A DNA stretch of 56,022 nt, taken from a virus. Lineage: Duplodnaviria; Caudoviricetes. Position 1 is the first letter of the stretch; each line of letters starts with the position of its first letter. A program made the translations under genes and the position numbers. Of the stretch, positions 1 to 9,016 are shown piece after piece. Below the pieces are notes generated by a model. It was not told the DNA's origin, ran no database searches, and saw nothing but the letters and a program-made list of their open reading frames with translations. The DNA lies in the IMG/VR virus record IMGVR_UViG_3300018005_000018, positions 1 to 56,022 of that record, one strand, 5' to 3'.

Positions 1-3000
1 ATTCGTTGTTATTGTTGTCACCCCCCCTGCACTATTGATCGTAATATCGGAAGTCAAAACAACTGTTGCACCCTGATTAGAAATTGTTATTTGCTTGAAA
101 TCATAGGCTCCCGACCCATCATGAGCATAAGCCCATACAGTTACCGTACCATTACCGGAAGCAGTCAGAAGTCCTGAACTACTTATGCTTGCTGTCCCTG
201 TCCCTGCCACGACACTCCAATTGACTGTCTGATCAGTAGCATTTGTAGGTACGACTGCCGTAACAAAGAACTGTAATGTCCCCCCATTCGTTACTATTGT
301 AGTTGCGCTACCAGCACTATTAATAGTAATATCCTGCGTTAATATTACTGTGCTCTGGTTCGATATTGTTATTACTCTATCTCCATAGACACCCGATCCA
401 TCTGTGGCACTTGCTCTTACCGTCACAGTACCATTGCCTGTTGCTTGTAATAGGCCAGAACTACTAATTGTACCTGTTCCTGTGCCATTTATTACTGACC
501 AGGTAACTACCTGTATTGTGGCATCTGAAGGGGTTATAAGAGCACTCATCTGAAGTGTTCCACCATTAGTTGTTATTGTTGTGGCATTACTAGCACCAGA
601 GACACTTATTCCTGTTACCAGCACAGCACCTTTTGGATTATACTCAAATGCACCTATTGATGGTGGGCTGTTCCATAACTGTTTATCACCATCAAGAGTC
701 TGACCAGTAATTGCCACTCCTGTCCCTATTAATCCAGAAGTTGAAGCAAGATGTAAAAATCCTATTACTGGCAAACTACCATCTGCCTGACGGGATGCAG
801 TTAATGACGAACTACTTATGCTTGTGAAATCATCCTTAGTAACTGTATGACCGTTCCAACTATTATGATCTGCTGTTTGAGTGGATGTTTGAAAAATATC
901 ATTTGAACCATTATTAAAACTGATATTGTTTTTTAAAATATCTGCACAAGCAAAATATTGAAACTCGTACCCCTGTATGCCATTCAAGTAAGACACATTA
1001 TGATATAAAATCATCTTTACATCTGCTGACTGTTGTGAAAATCCTACCATTCTGTTATTATAGGAAACACAATTTATTGCTGTTCTCTTTGTAACTCCCG
1101 TATAATTCTGAGGGTCTGCACCAAATTTAAAGCCATTGCCTCCTCCTCCTACCGGTGTTGTTTCATCCAACGCATATCCCTGATGCCATGCCCAACAGTT
1201 TGTTAAGATATATATGCCACTATAACCCTGCTCTTGAAACATATCAAAACCATCAGAACTATTGTTCCACGACCGACATCCTGTTAATCTGATGACATAA
1301 TCATTAGAACAAAATCCTACATCAAAACCATCTGCGGCATCACCTTGCGAACCATAAGGATTATAGTTATCATGCGAATCACAGTTAAGAAAATTACATT
1401 CATCACCCGAAGGAACCCTTACCCCCATTCCTGGACCACCATTATTATGAGAATTACATTGTTCAATATTAATATGATTTGAACTTTCAATATACACTCC
1501 CTGACCACCCCAATGCGATCCTGTAGAAAGTTGATTACAATTTTTAACTTCTATGCCTTTAATGTGCCAGTATGAAGAACCAAAGATTCCTATTCCTATC
1601 CGATTGTAAGAAGTTGACGTAAGATTTGTACAATCCATAATAGGTGTTTCACCCGGATAGGCATATACCTGATAATAGTTGACTGATGTTCCATTCTTAC
1701 CACTTACAGCTACCGCACATTGATTGCCGTTTGACACATAACCTGTAGGTGTATAAGTTCCACCTCTGACATAAAGAATGTTCCCGGCAGCTATATGATT
1801 AACACCATAGTCAATCGTTGCCCAAGGATTACTAATTGTCCCGGCATTGCTATCACTACCTCCTGTAGCAGCTACATAATAAGTAGGACTAGAACTTGAT
1901 GTGGTTGTAAAGGATGCCTCTGCTCCATACGCTGTACCTGCACTATTAGTTGCATAGGCACGAACATAATAAGTAACACCATTTGTTAATCCCGTTATTG
2001 AACTGGTGAATGATCCTGTTCCAGTACCATCAGTGGTATGACTATTCACATTAGTAGGTCCGGAACTTGTTTTCCAACATACTCCTCTATAGATAATAGC
2101 TGCACCACCATCCTGAGTAACCGTACCACCGCTCATTGCCGTTGTTGAGGTTATCGAAGTGATAGCAGTTGTAGTGACAGTTGGTGTTGTTACACCTATT
2201 GCTGCATAAACTCTTGCTCCGACCTGCCATGTGCCATTCTGTACTGATGTTGCTGGTGCAGAATTTACCGTCCATACAGCCGATGTTGAAAGTCCCGTGT
2301 TCCATGTAGAACCTAAATCAGTACCATAATTAATTGATTGACGATTAGATGGAACTAAATCAGTAGTATTATTAAAATTAGGATTAACAACAACTGAATG
2401 TGTATCGTATCCTAATGCCTGCCATTGAGAAAATGTTTTCTGAACACCCAAATATTCAAATAATGGAGTGCCTGCTTCGCAATAAAAGATATTGTAATCT
2501 GATTCAAAACCCGTTAAACATCCACTCGGAGATGCTCCATTATAATAATCACTACCGTTGACAACAATATTATAAATCTGATATTTTGTATAAAAGATAT
2601 TATTCTTAATTTTTATATTAGTTGCAGGATAACCTGGATTCATATTGTTTTGGCTATTATAATAGACATGGACTATTCCCCTCCATGTTCCTCTTACTAA
2701 ATTGTTAGTAAAAGTAGGACTTGTATTATAAAATGTATTATTATATATAGGAACATTATTAATGCCTAATAAATAGCAACACACTAAAGCATCTCCCTGA
2801 AAAACATTATATGCCCATCCATTTGATGTATACGTATTACCAAGTGATTTACAGATAATCCCAGATGGCATATTATCAAAATAATTATATTTAACAAGTG
2901 CATTAATATTATTATGCACCATGCAACCATGCACAAGTTGATTATCAACTACTGTGCCTACCCATGTAAATTTATTTCCAGTTATAACCTCTCCATCCAA

Positions 3001-3246
3001 CATGTCATAAGTACCATTGTCCACATCATTATCAGTACCGGCCTGCAACATATACATATTAATTGTAGCTGACTGCAAGCTATTGTTCATAAAAGTAAAA
3101 GTAGTAGGCACGGTCTGTTGAGCATTATATCCCTGGGTATCAGAAGAGCCGTATACAAAAGACTGGTTTTGAACAGTAACTACCTGTTGTGCTTTTATAG
3201 CAAACGAAAATATTAAAAGAAATAAAATAATAAGTAATTTTCTCAT
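1..3246 (-). CDS. Secreted-type multidomain protein, 3'-truncated by window edge: signal peptide, beta-helix-like region, FN3-like domain, polysaccharide lyase family 9 (PelL-like) domain, tandem Ig-like (Big_2-type) repeats
   Basis: Absent from the ORF track because it has no stop in the window; translated by hand from ATG 3246 (ATGA overlap with upstream stop): MRKLLILFLLIFSFAIKA/QQV..., TYYVRAYATNSAGTAYG (FN3), YYVAATGGSDSNAGTISNPWATI, AADGFD, SWNNSSDGFDMF, GNGFKFG, then repeated VTWSV...GTGTxxISSSGLLxAxGNGTVTV units. Confidence 0.85.
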   Translation of the reverse strand, partial: MRKLLIILFLLIFSFAIKAQQVVTVQNQSFVYGSSDTQGYNAQQTVPTTFTFMNNSLQSATINMYMLQAGTDNDVDNGTYDMLDGEVITGNKFTWVGTVVDNQLVHGCMVHNNINALVKYNYFDNMPSGIICKSLGNTYTSNGWAYNVFQGDALVCCYLLGINNVPIYNNTFYNTSPTFTNNLVRGTWRGIVHVYYNSQNNMNPGYPATNIKIKNNIFYTKYQIYNIVVNGSDYYNGASPSGCLTGFESDYNIFYCEAGTPLFEYLGVQKTFSQWQALGYDTHSVVVNPNFNNTTDLVPSNRQSINYGTDLGSTWNTGLSTSAVWTVNSAPATSVQNGTWQVGARVYAAIGVTTPTVTTTAITSITSTTAMSGGTVTQDGGAAIIYRGVCWKTSSGPTNVNSHTTDGTGTGSFTSSITGLTNGVTYYVRAYATNSAGTAYGAEASFTTTSSSSPTYYVAATGGSDSNAGTISNPWATIDYGVNHIAAGNILYVRGGTYTPTGYVSNGNQCAVAVSGKNGTSVNYYQVYAYPGETPIMDCTNLTSTSYNRIGIGIFGSSYWHIKGIEVKNCNQLSTGSHWGGQGVYIESSNHINIEQCNSHNNGGPGMGVRVPSGDECNFLNCDSHDNYNPYGSQGDAADGFDVGFCSNDYVIRLTGCRSWNNSSDGFDMFQEQGYSGIYILTNCWAWHQGYALDETTPVGGGGNGFKFGADPQNYTGVTKRTAINCVSYNNRMVGFSQQSADVKMILYHNVSYLNGIQGYEFQYFACADILKNNISFNNGSNDIFQTSTQTADHNSWNGHTVTKDDFTSISSSSLTASRQADGSLPVIGFLHLASTSGLIGTGVAITGQTLDGDKQLWNSPPSIGAFEYNPKGAVLVTGISVSGASNATTITTNGGTLQMSALITPSDATIQVVTWSVINGTGTGTISSSGLLQATGNGTVTVRASATDGSGVYGDRVITISNQSTVILTQDITINSAGSATTIVTNGGTLQFFVTAVVPTNATDQTVNWSVVAGTGTASISSSGLLTASGNGTVTVWAYAHDGSGAYDFKQITISNQGATVVLTSDITINSAGGVTTITTN

Positions 3247-3845
3247 GGTGTAATAATTGAAGTTGTTGTTTGAATATAACATGAACCATTTGATTGTACT
3301 TGCATCCGGCCTATAAACACCGTGCCGGTAACTCCTGAATCATAAATAGGATATAAATGAGCTAATGTACAACCAGCAGGAGCAGTAAACTGTAACGAAA
3401 CACGATGAACTGTGGTTGATGTTTGAGAATAATAACTTGTTGGACTAATTATATTATTATCGTTGATTTGGTCATAAACTGACCATTTCAAATTAGTCAT
3501 TGTTCCCCTAGTACAATCAAAAGAAACATAATAAGTAACCCCAGGTACCACTGTGATATAATGACTTGCACCGGAATACCAGTCAACATATTCCAGATAA
3601 TAACCAGTCCCGCTTGTTGTTATTTGCTCAAGCGTTGTATTACCAGCAAGATCAACTGCCTGATTCTGAACAATGGCAATACCAGTCCCACTCCATGCAT
3701 CGTATGAAGCAGGGTCTATCACCTCTGACCATTTCAAAAGGTTTTGAGTACACCCGCCTGCAGAAGCAGCCAGTATACCTATTTTCTGACCAGATAAACT
3801 AATGGTCAGAAATAGTAGTAATAAATATATTAACAGTTTCTTCAT
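3243..3845 (-). CDS. Signal-peptide protein with carbohydrate-binding-like beta-sandwich; probable fibre tip/partner subunit
   Basis: Start MKKLLIYLLLLFLTISLSG/Q, then KIGILAASAGG, NLLKWSE, VVPGVTYYVSF, RVSLQFTAPAG: pattern of CBM-like domains in phage fibres. Confidence 0.65.
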   Translation of the reverse strand: MKKLLIYLLLLFLTISLSGQKIGILAASAGGCTQNLLKWSEVIDPASYDAWSGTGIAIVQNQAVDLAGNTTLEQITTSGTGYYLEYVDWYSGASHYITVVPGVTYYVSFDCTRGTMTNLKWSVYDQINDNNIISPTSYYSQTSTTVHRVSLQFTAPAGCTLAHLYPIYDSGVTGTVFIGRMQVQSNGSCYIQTTTSIITP

Positions 3846-3855
3846 TGTTGTATTA

Positions 3856-3966
3856 TTAATAAAACCCATCAAATTCTGTATCTCTCTGCTGTTCTTCCAT
3901 GTCTATAAGAAGTTTTCTAAACCAAAAGAAAACTATTAAACCGATTATAATTACTACTATTTTCAT
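3856..3966 (-). CDS. 36-aa single-transmembrane peptide
   Basis: MKIVVIIIGLIVFFWFRKLLIDMEEQQRDTEFDGFY; TAATG-coupled to the upstream fibre gene and fills the intergenic gap. Confidence 0.55.
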   Translation of the reverse strand: MKIVVIIIGLIVFFWFRKLLIDMEEQQRDTEFDGFY

Positions 3967-5309
3967 TATTCAAGACTTCCTATTAATTTCCATGTATTTG
4001 TACCTAACTTATGCAGGGAAGCGTCCCCAAGTACTGTTATCCCCAGATAACTCCCCTTACTAATTATTGTAACACCTCCTGTAGCAACTACGGTTGTTTT
4101 ACCTGCTCCTATACATTCTATATTTATCACTGTCCCAATAGGAAAAGCTACCGAGGAATTAAGAGGCACTGTTAATGTATTTGCACTAGCAACATTCATT
4201 GTTATAGTTGTGCCATCATCAGCAAGTTGAAGAACATAACTACTTGTTTCAGGTGTTATGGTTGCATGTTTCAATACTGCCACATCAGCAAGAGGAATAG
4301 TATCTTTTAATACAGCAACAATTGAATCAACCCTTGCAGAGATTGTTACACTTGCCGGGGCAGCACATGTCCAAAGTCCAGAAGCAACAGTCATTACATA
4401 CCCATCAACAGTGGCAGTAATGTTACTTGGTATAGTTACATCTGCTGAACCATCAACAGATATATTATTAACAAGTATTGGAGCGTACCATTTGGTTGCT
4501 GTTCCCGCATTACCCGTAATACTTGTCTGATCGCCTGTGTTTGTTCCAGTTAATCCCAATGCTGTTTTTACAGTAGCAAGAGATGTAACTTCTGGTGCAC
4601 CCGTTCCTGCTGTTGCACGATAAATAAAGGATGCTGTTGCCATATTAGCCATCTTAGCAAGTGTTACTGCTCCATTGGCTATTGTTAATGCTCCAGACCC
4701 CGTCACATCTCCTGTGTGTGTAGCATTTGTTACAAGCCCACTATAAAGGTTATTTATAGCATTATCTCCGGTGTTCGTTCCTGATACAGCCGTTGTTCCT
4801 GTTACTGTAAGCCTCGGTGTAGAACCTCCTGAGACAACAACACTGTTTACGCTTGCAGGAGTTATTGCACCAAGAATAAATGTAAGGTTTGCAGCACTTG
4901 TTGGATTAGCCACACTTGCCGAAACACCATTGGCAGTAGTCACGGCTACTGATGTAACTGTTCCTGCCCCTGATGTTGGTATGTCACCCGATCCTAATAG
5001 AGATATACCACCAACTGTTTTGATATTGGTTGCGCTTACCAATGTCGCTTGCTTAGCATTAAGTTGTGTCTGTATGGCACTCGTCACTCCATGAACATAT
5101 ATAAGTTCAGCATTTGTCGCTGTGAGACCATGCAATAAATTAAATTCTGCTGCCGTAGGAGTTAAAAGAGTGCCCATATATCTTATAGGCTTTGCATACT
5201 TAGTGCTGTCTGTAAAATAGGCTTTATATGAGACAGGATACCATTTCTGAGCAGTACATGATATTGCCAGAATAATCAGAAAAGAAATTAATAATGATAG
5301 TTTTTTCAT
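3966..5309 (-). CDS. Tail fibre-like protein with N-terminal signal peptide
   Basis: Start MKKLSLLISFLIILAISCTA/Q; fibre motifs GVTSAIQTQLNAKQ, GTVTSV, GTNTGD x2, HTGDVTGSGALTI; C-terminal YVLQLADDG...VAFPIGT...NTWKLIGSL domain common at phage fibre ends. Confidence 0.75.
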   Translation of the reverse strand: MKKLSLLISFLIILAISCTAQKWYPVSYKAYFTDSTKYAKPIRYMGTLLTPTAAEFNLLHGLTATNAELIYVHGVTSAIQTQLNAKQATLVSATNIKTVGGISLLGSGDIPTSGAGTVTSVAVTTANGVSASVANPTSAANLTFILGAITPASVNSVVVSGGSTPRLTVTGTTAVSGTNTGDNAINNLYSGLVTNATHTGDVTGSGALTIANGAVTLAKMANMATASFIYRATAGTGAPEVTSLATVKTALGLTGTNTGDQTSITGNAGTATKWYAPILVNNISVDGSADVTIPSNITATVDGYVMTVASGLWTCAAPASVTISARVDSIVAVLKDTIPLADVAVLKHATITPETSSYVLQLADDGTTITMNVASANTLTVPLNSSVAFPIGTVINIECIGAGKTTVVATGGVTIISKGSYLGITVLGDASLHKLGTNTWKLIGSLE

Positions 5310-5310
5310 C

Positions 5311-7101
5311 TTAGTATATGATTTTAATTTTTGCTCCAAGATACTCATTAAGGGTGTCTATATGTAATACATACACACCTCCAAGAAGTTCAATGCTTAT
5401 TCCTATAAGTGAGGTTATGTCATTTCCGTCAGCATCAAGGACAAACACATTATATGGTTCTTGTCCTGTAGTTAATGTAGTAGTTACATCTGTGGTAACT
5501 CCTGCACTTAAATCTTTTGTCTGTAAATATTTCATGTCGTCATCTGTTACTATTGGAATTGAATTATCTGGAATATTGTCATACCAGCACATTGCATCAG
5601 TCGTTAACGCTGCCCATGCTGTGTTGTCGGTTATTATTGGTATAAGAGTACCATCATTATAATGTGTTACGTTGAGGTTTGCTGCCATACATACCTGATC
5701 ACCTATTTTGATTGTATTATAAAGATTCCCATCATAATCAACCATTGTCCCAGGATCAATAGAATCATCTTTGATGAGACGAATAGACCAACCTATCTTT
5801 AATAATGAAGCATTTGTTATAAAAATAGTAGAATCACTATTAAGTTCCCTATCAAGCGCATGAGAAACATCACTTAAATCAGATGCCCAAAATCCACCTA
5901 CATAGTTCAAATTTAAAAAATCACCAGATTGATCACGTAATCCTGCTCCTAAGGCAGTAAATCCACTTGAATTATCTGCTCCTGTATCTTGATCCCAATG
6001 AACCAAACCTGCTTCTTTTAAATCGTTACCAATCACTAAAGCAGACCCTAAATAGTTCTCCAAAGTAACCCACTCAGCATCACTTGGCACGTGCCATCCT
6101 GCAGGTGCAATACTAGCACCGCCAACATTATAGTTCACTGCAAACCAATTATATAAAGCACCATAACCAGCATAAGGAGTAGGCGAGATCCCTGTATTCG
6201 TTGTCTGTAAAGTAATTATATTGGAATTATCGCTTGCGCCAACCTCATTATATGCTCTTACCCGATAAAAATAGTTTGTGACCTTTGATAATCCCGTTAT
6301 TGGAAGTGTCAAAACATCTCCTACATCGAGATCATCATATCCACTTACCATTGAGCTAAACGCACTATCAGTAGCCACATCGAGTCTATAACCTGTTGCA
6401 CCATCTGTTATCTGCCAATTAGCACTGAATGAGAATGGCTGTATATTACTTGCATCCAGAGCCACAGGTGCTAGAGGTGCTCCATCATCAGCGAGCCACA
6501 GCAACCCCTTTAATCCCAAATATTCAAAAACATTATCAAACCCACCTGCCGGTAATGACCGAAATGATGCAATGTCCTGCGCTCCTGTATTTGGAGGAGT
6601 CCAATGTGAATCACCTACCTCTTTAAGATTACCACCTGCAAGCATCAGTCCACCAAGATATGTCAACAGAGTTTCAAACTCTGCTTCAGTAGGTACATGC
6701 CATCCGGGAGGACAGAAATCTGCTTCCATTATCATATCATGCGTGTACAGACCTCCATATATTGACCTATTAGCCTCATCATCATTATAGACCTTGCTCC
6801 CGGGATAATCGGCAGAATAGTTCCTTTTCATCCATGTCTGAGTACCAATCACCGCAATATCAAATCCTTGGTAAATAAATTCACCACCAATGGCAGCACC
6901 ATAATAGGTAATGAGTGTATCGGGATTGATTAATACGGAAATTTCGCTTTGTAACGTTTCTGCATTACCTGATTGATTTTCCTCATCTGAAGATAATGTG
7001 CGACTATTAAGTAAGTCTGTGTAATCTCCTTCGGGAATCAAGGCAGGTGTATCGTCTTTATTAAGACCTCCAGTAAATTTATGGAGAGACTTCAGTTGCA
7101 T
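5311..7101 (-). CDS. Muzzle/tail-stabilisation-like N-terminus fused to FISUMP (Fib_succ_major) domains and FN3
   Basis: FTGGLNKDDTPALIPEGDYTDLLNSR N-terminus; IGTQTWMKRN...YGGLY...CPPGWHVPTEAEF; YRLDVATD...YFYRVRAYN (FN3); YGALYNW...APAGWHVPSDAEW...GWSIRLIKD. Confidence 0.75.
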   Translation of the reverse strand: MQLKSLHKFTGGLNKDDTPALIPEGDYTDLLNSRTLSSDEENQSGNAETLQSEISVLINPDTLITYYGAAIGGEFIYQGFDIAVIGTQTWMKRNYSADYPGSKVYNDDEANRSIYGGLYTHDMIMEADFCPPGWHVPTEAEFETLLTYLGGLMLAGGNLKEVGDSHWTPPNTGAQDIASFRSLPAGGFDNVFEYLGLKGLLWLADDGAPLAPVALDASNIQPFSFSANWQITDGATGYRLDVATDSAFSSMVSGYDDLDVGDVLTLPITGLSKVTNYFYRVRAYNEVGASDNSNIITLQTTNTGISPTPYAGYGALYNWFAVNYNVGGASIAPAGWHVPSDAEWVTLENYLGSALVIGNDLKEAGLVHWDQDTGADNSSGFTALGAGLRDQSGDFLNLNYVGGFWASDLSDVSHALDRELNSDSTIFITNASLLKIGWSIRLIKDDSIDPGTMVDYDGNLYNTIKIGDQVCMAANLNVTHYNDGTLIPIITDNTAWAALTTDAMCWYDNIPDNSIPIVTDDDMKYLQTKDLSAGVTTDVTTTLTTGQEPYNVFVLDADGNDITSLIGISIELLGGVYVLHIDTLNEYLGAKIKIIY

Positions 7102-7391
7102 ATTGAAGCCTCCTGATTATCAATCTGTTTTTTTATCTTCTTCAATTCCCATATCCTTCTTGAAGCATCACCCAATAAATCTTCTTTTTCACATCCAAGC
7201 AAAACCGAAAATTGTAGATCAGATTCGCCATATTTATTATAATGGAGTTGTAATTTTCTTGAATGATGTCTATTAAGCCTTAATTCAGATAAATGTTTAG
7301 TCCATCTATTTGAAATATGTATAGCACTACCAATATAGCATCGCTCTGGTTTAATTTTAGATTGAATTTGATATATGCCTGATAATTTCAT
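7092..7391 (-). pseudogene. GIY-YIG homing endonuclease remnant (internally deleted)
   Basis: SGIYQI...CYIGSA...RWTKH...KLQLHYNKYGE present, but the EQ..ID...FN segment carrying the catalytic Glu/Asn is missing after KEDLL. Confidence 0.7.
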
Positions 7392-8197
7392 CTCTTGGGA
7401 CCTTGTTGATAAGTACTGTACAATGCGCGTTTTAATTCTTCGATTGTAAAACTATTCTGAAACGATCTGAGCATATTAACTGCTTCTTCATGTTCTTGCT
7501 TTCTTCTGGATATTTCTGCCATTATTGCTTTCTGCTGCGCTCTCCCTGTCATAAATCCTGTCATGTCCATGGAGATCATCTGCCATTCAACGTATGTCCT
7601 GAGTGCAGGAACGGCTTCTCTTGGTATAAGTGTCCCTCCCGATTCTTTTACACCAGAAGAAATATATTCCAGAACAATCTCCGACCGTGGTGTATTTTCT
7701 CCCCAAAATACTATTTGTCCCATTTCTCTGTCAATACGATAATATACTCCATCAATCCCTCCGGGCAATCCAAATAATCCACCCACAAATTGCCCATTAC
7801 GCCAATGATCACTAAAAAAAATCGCATTAGATATGCTACTATTAGCACTATTTACCATTATATTTCCTATTGGCACCTGCGTATCATCAAAAACTCTTGG
7901 TAAAATAATACTATCTTTCCTTGTCAGTATTCTAAGTTGTCCATTTATAGGAATCCCAATTTTAACGTAATCCACAAAATCTCTTGGTAATGAAACGGTC
8001 TTAGCAGTACTCATGTGAATATATACAACTTCAACAGAGTTTAAATGCCACAATGACAATTCAGTAAATCCCTCAATTGCGATTTGTACCAATCGTTTAT
8101 ACTGTTTCATGGAATAATCGCCAAGTCTGTTTAACACAGACATGACTATATATCTGATAGTTACTACTCCTGCTGTTTTCGGATTTGCTGTACTCAT
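7388..8197 (-). CDS. Putative tail tubular/ring protein (crAss-like)
   Basis: LPRDFVDYVKIG and IVLEYISSG motifs; position downstream of capsid module. Confidence 0.65.
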   Translation of the reverse strand: MSTANPKTAGVVTIRYIVMSVLNRLGDYSMKQYKRLVQIAIEGFTELSLWHLNSVEVVYIHMSTAKTVSLPRDFVDYVKIGIPINGQLRILTRKDSIILPRVFDDTQVPIGNIMVNSANSSISNAIFFSDHWRNGQFVGGLFGLPGGIDGVYYRIDREMGQIVFWGENTPRSEIVLEYISSGVKESGGTLIPREAVPALRTYVEWQMISMDMTGFMTGRAQQKAIMAEISRRKQEHEEAVNMLRSFQNSFTIEELKRALYSTYQQGPKR

Positions 8198-8200
8198 GGT

Positions 8201-8863
8201 TTATAAAATGTTTGCTGAAGGTTCCATGTCATTTAATGTGTCTGCCTGTGGTGGTTTGTGGCTCATCACGTCAATCACCCTCTGTACAATCGTATCTTCC
8301 ATACCAGAAGGTAATGCCACATCATCATAGTCTCCGAGTTGCTCCATGTTGACAATCAATACCACATCCACCTGTGTTATTGCCGGTATAATAGGCAGTC
8401 TTTCCAATTTCAGAATATGACTAGGCTCGCCATCGCCAGTATTCATATTGCTCTGTTCCAGACGATATGTTGGCGTAGTGTCCATTATGTCCACTTCCAG
8501 TTCTGCAAATACTACATTTGCTCCGCTTTCTATCGGTGCAAAAACATTAGTATTGTCCGCACTATTCATAACACTTCTTATACCCATGCCATCAGGTAAC
8601 TGTACAGGAGTGAAAGGCAGAAAGCAATATGCTTTTGTCCCGGTCTGGCTTTGCACGTCAATGGTATAAGTTCGTGTCCATCCATCCAGTTGACTGAAAT
8701 CGCTTTCCCTCTTACCTTTTTCCCATGTTTCGTAGATGATCTGGTTGAATACATTCCGCAAATGACCAATAATGACATTCGGGGAATAAACAGCCTTCTG
8801 ATCACCAATGATGTCATTTGCAAAGTAGTCTTGCACCAGATCAACCAGTTCTATTACTTTCAT
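8201..8863 (-). CDS. Putative tail ring/adaptor protein
   Basis: LPFTPVQLP motif, ~220 aa, synteny with neighbouring ring-like genes. Confidence 0.55.
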   Translation of the reverse strand: MKVIELVDLVQDYFANDIIGDQKAVYSPNVIIGHLRNVFNQIIYETWEKGKRESDFSQLDGWTRTYTIDVQSQTGTKAYCFLPFTPVQLPDGMGIRSVMNSADNTNVFAPIESGANVVFAELEVDIMDTTPTYRLEQSNMNTGDGEPSHILKLERLPIIPAITQVDVVLIVNMEQLGDYDDVALPSGMEDTIVQRVIDVMSHKPPQADTLNDMEPSANIL

Positions 8864-8866
8864 GGT

Positions 8867-9016
8867 TTACTTTCTTTTCTTATGAACTCTCTCAGGACGA
8901 GACCGTCCTTTTGATTCCTTATCCCACTCCTTTACTTTCTTTTTTCCTCCAAGGGCTTTCATTCCTGCAGAAGTATGCCCCCATCTCCTTTGAGCCTCAG
9001 ATTTCCATGGTGCCAT
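8867..9016 (-). CDS. 49-aa basic phage protein (PxKSEAQRRW type)
   Basis: MAPWKSEAQRRWGHTSAGMKALGGKKKVKEWDKESKGRSRPERVHKKRK, below the ORF-track cutoff, TAATG-coupled. Confidence 0.7.
   Translation of the reverse strand: MAPWKSEAQRRWGHTSAGMKALGGKKKVKEWDKESKGRSRPERVHKKRK

Noticed and set aside
5230-5309. Lipobox reading (LAIS-C) of the fibre signal peptide
   Set aside because: CTA/Q fits the SPase I Gln pattern shared by neighbours better, though a lipoprotein is not fully excluded
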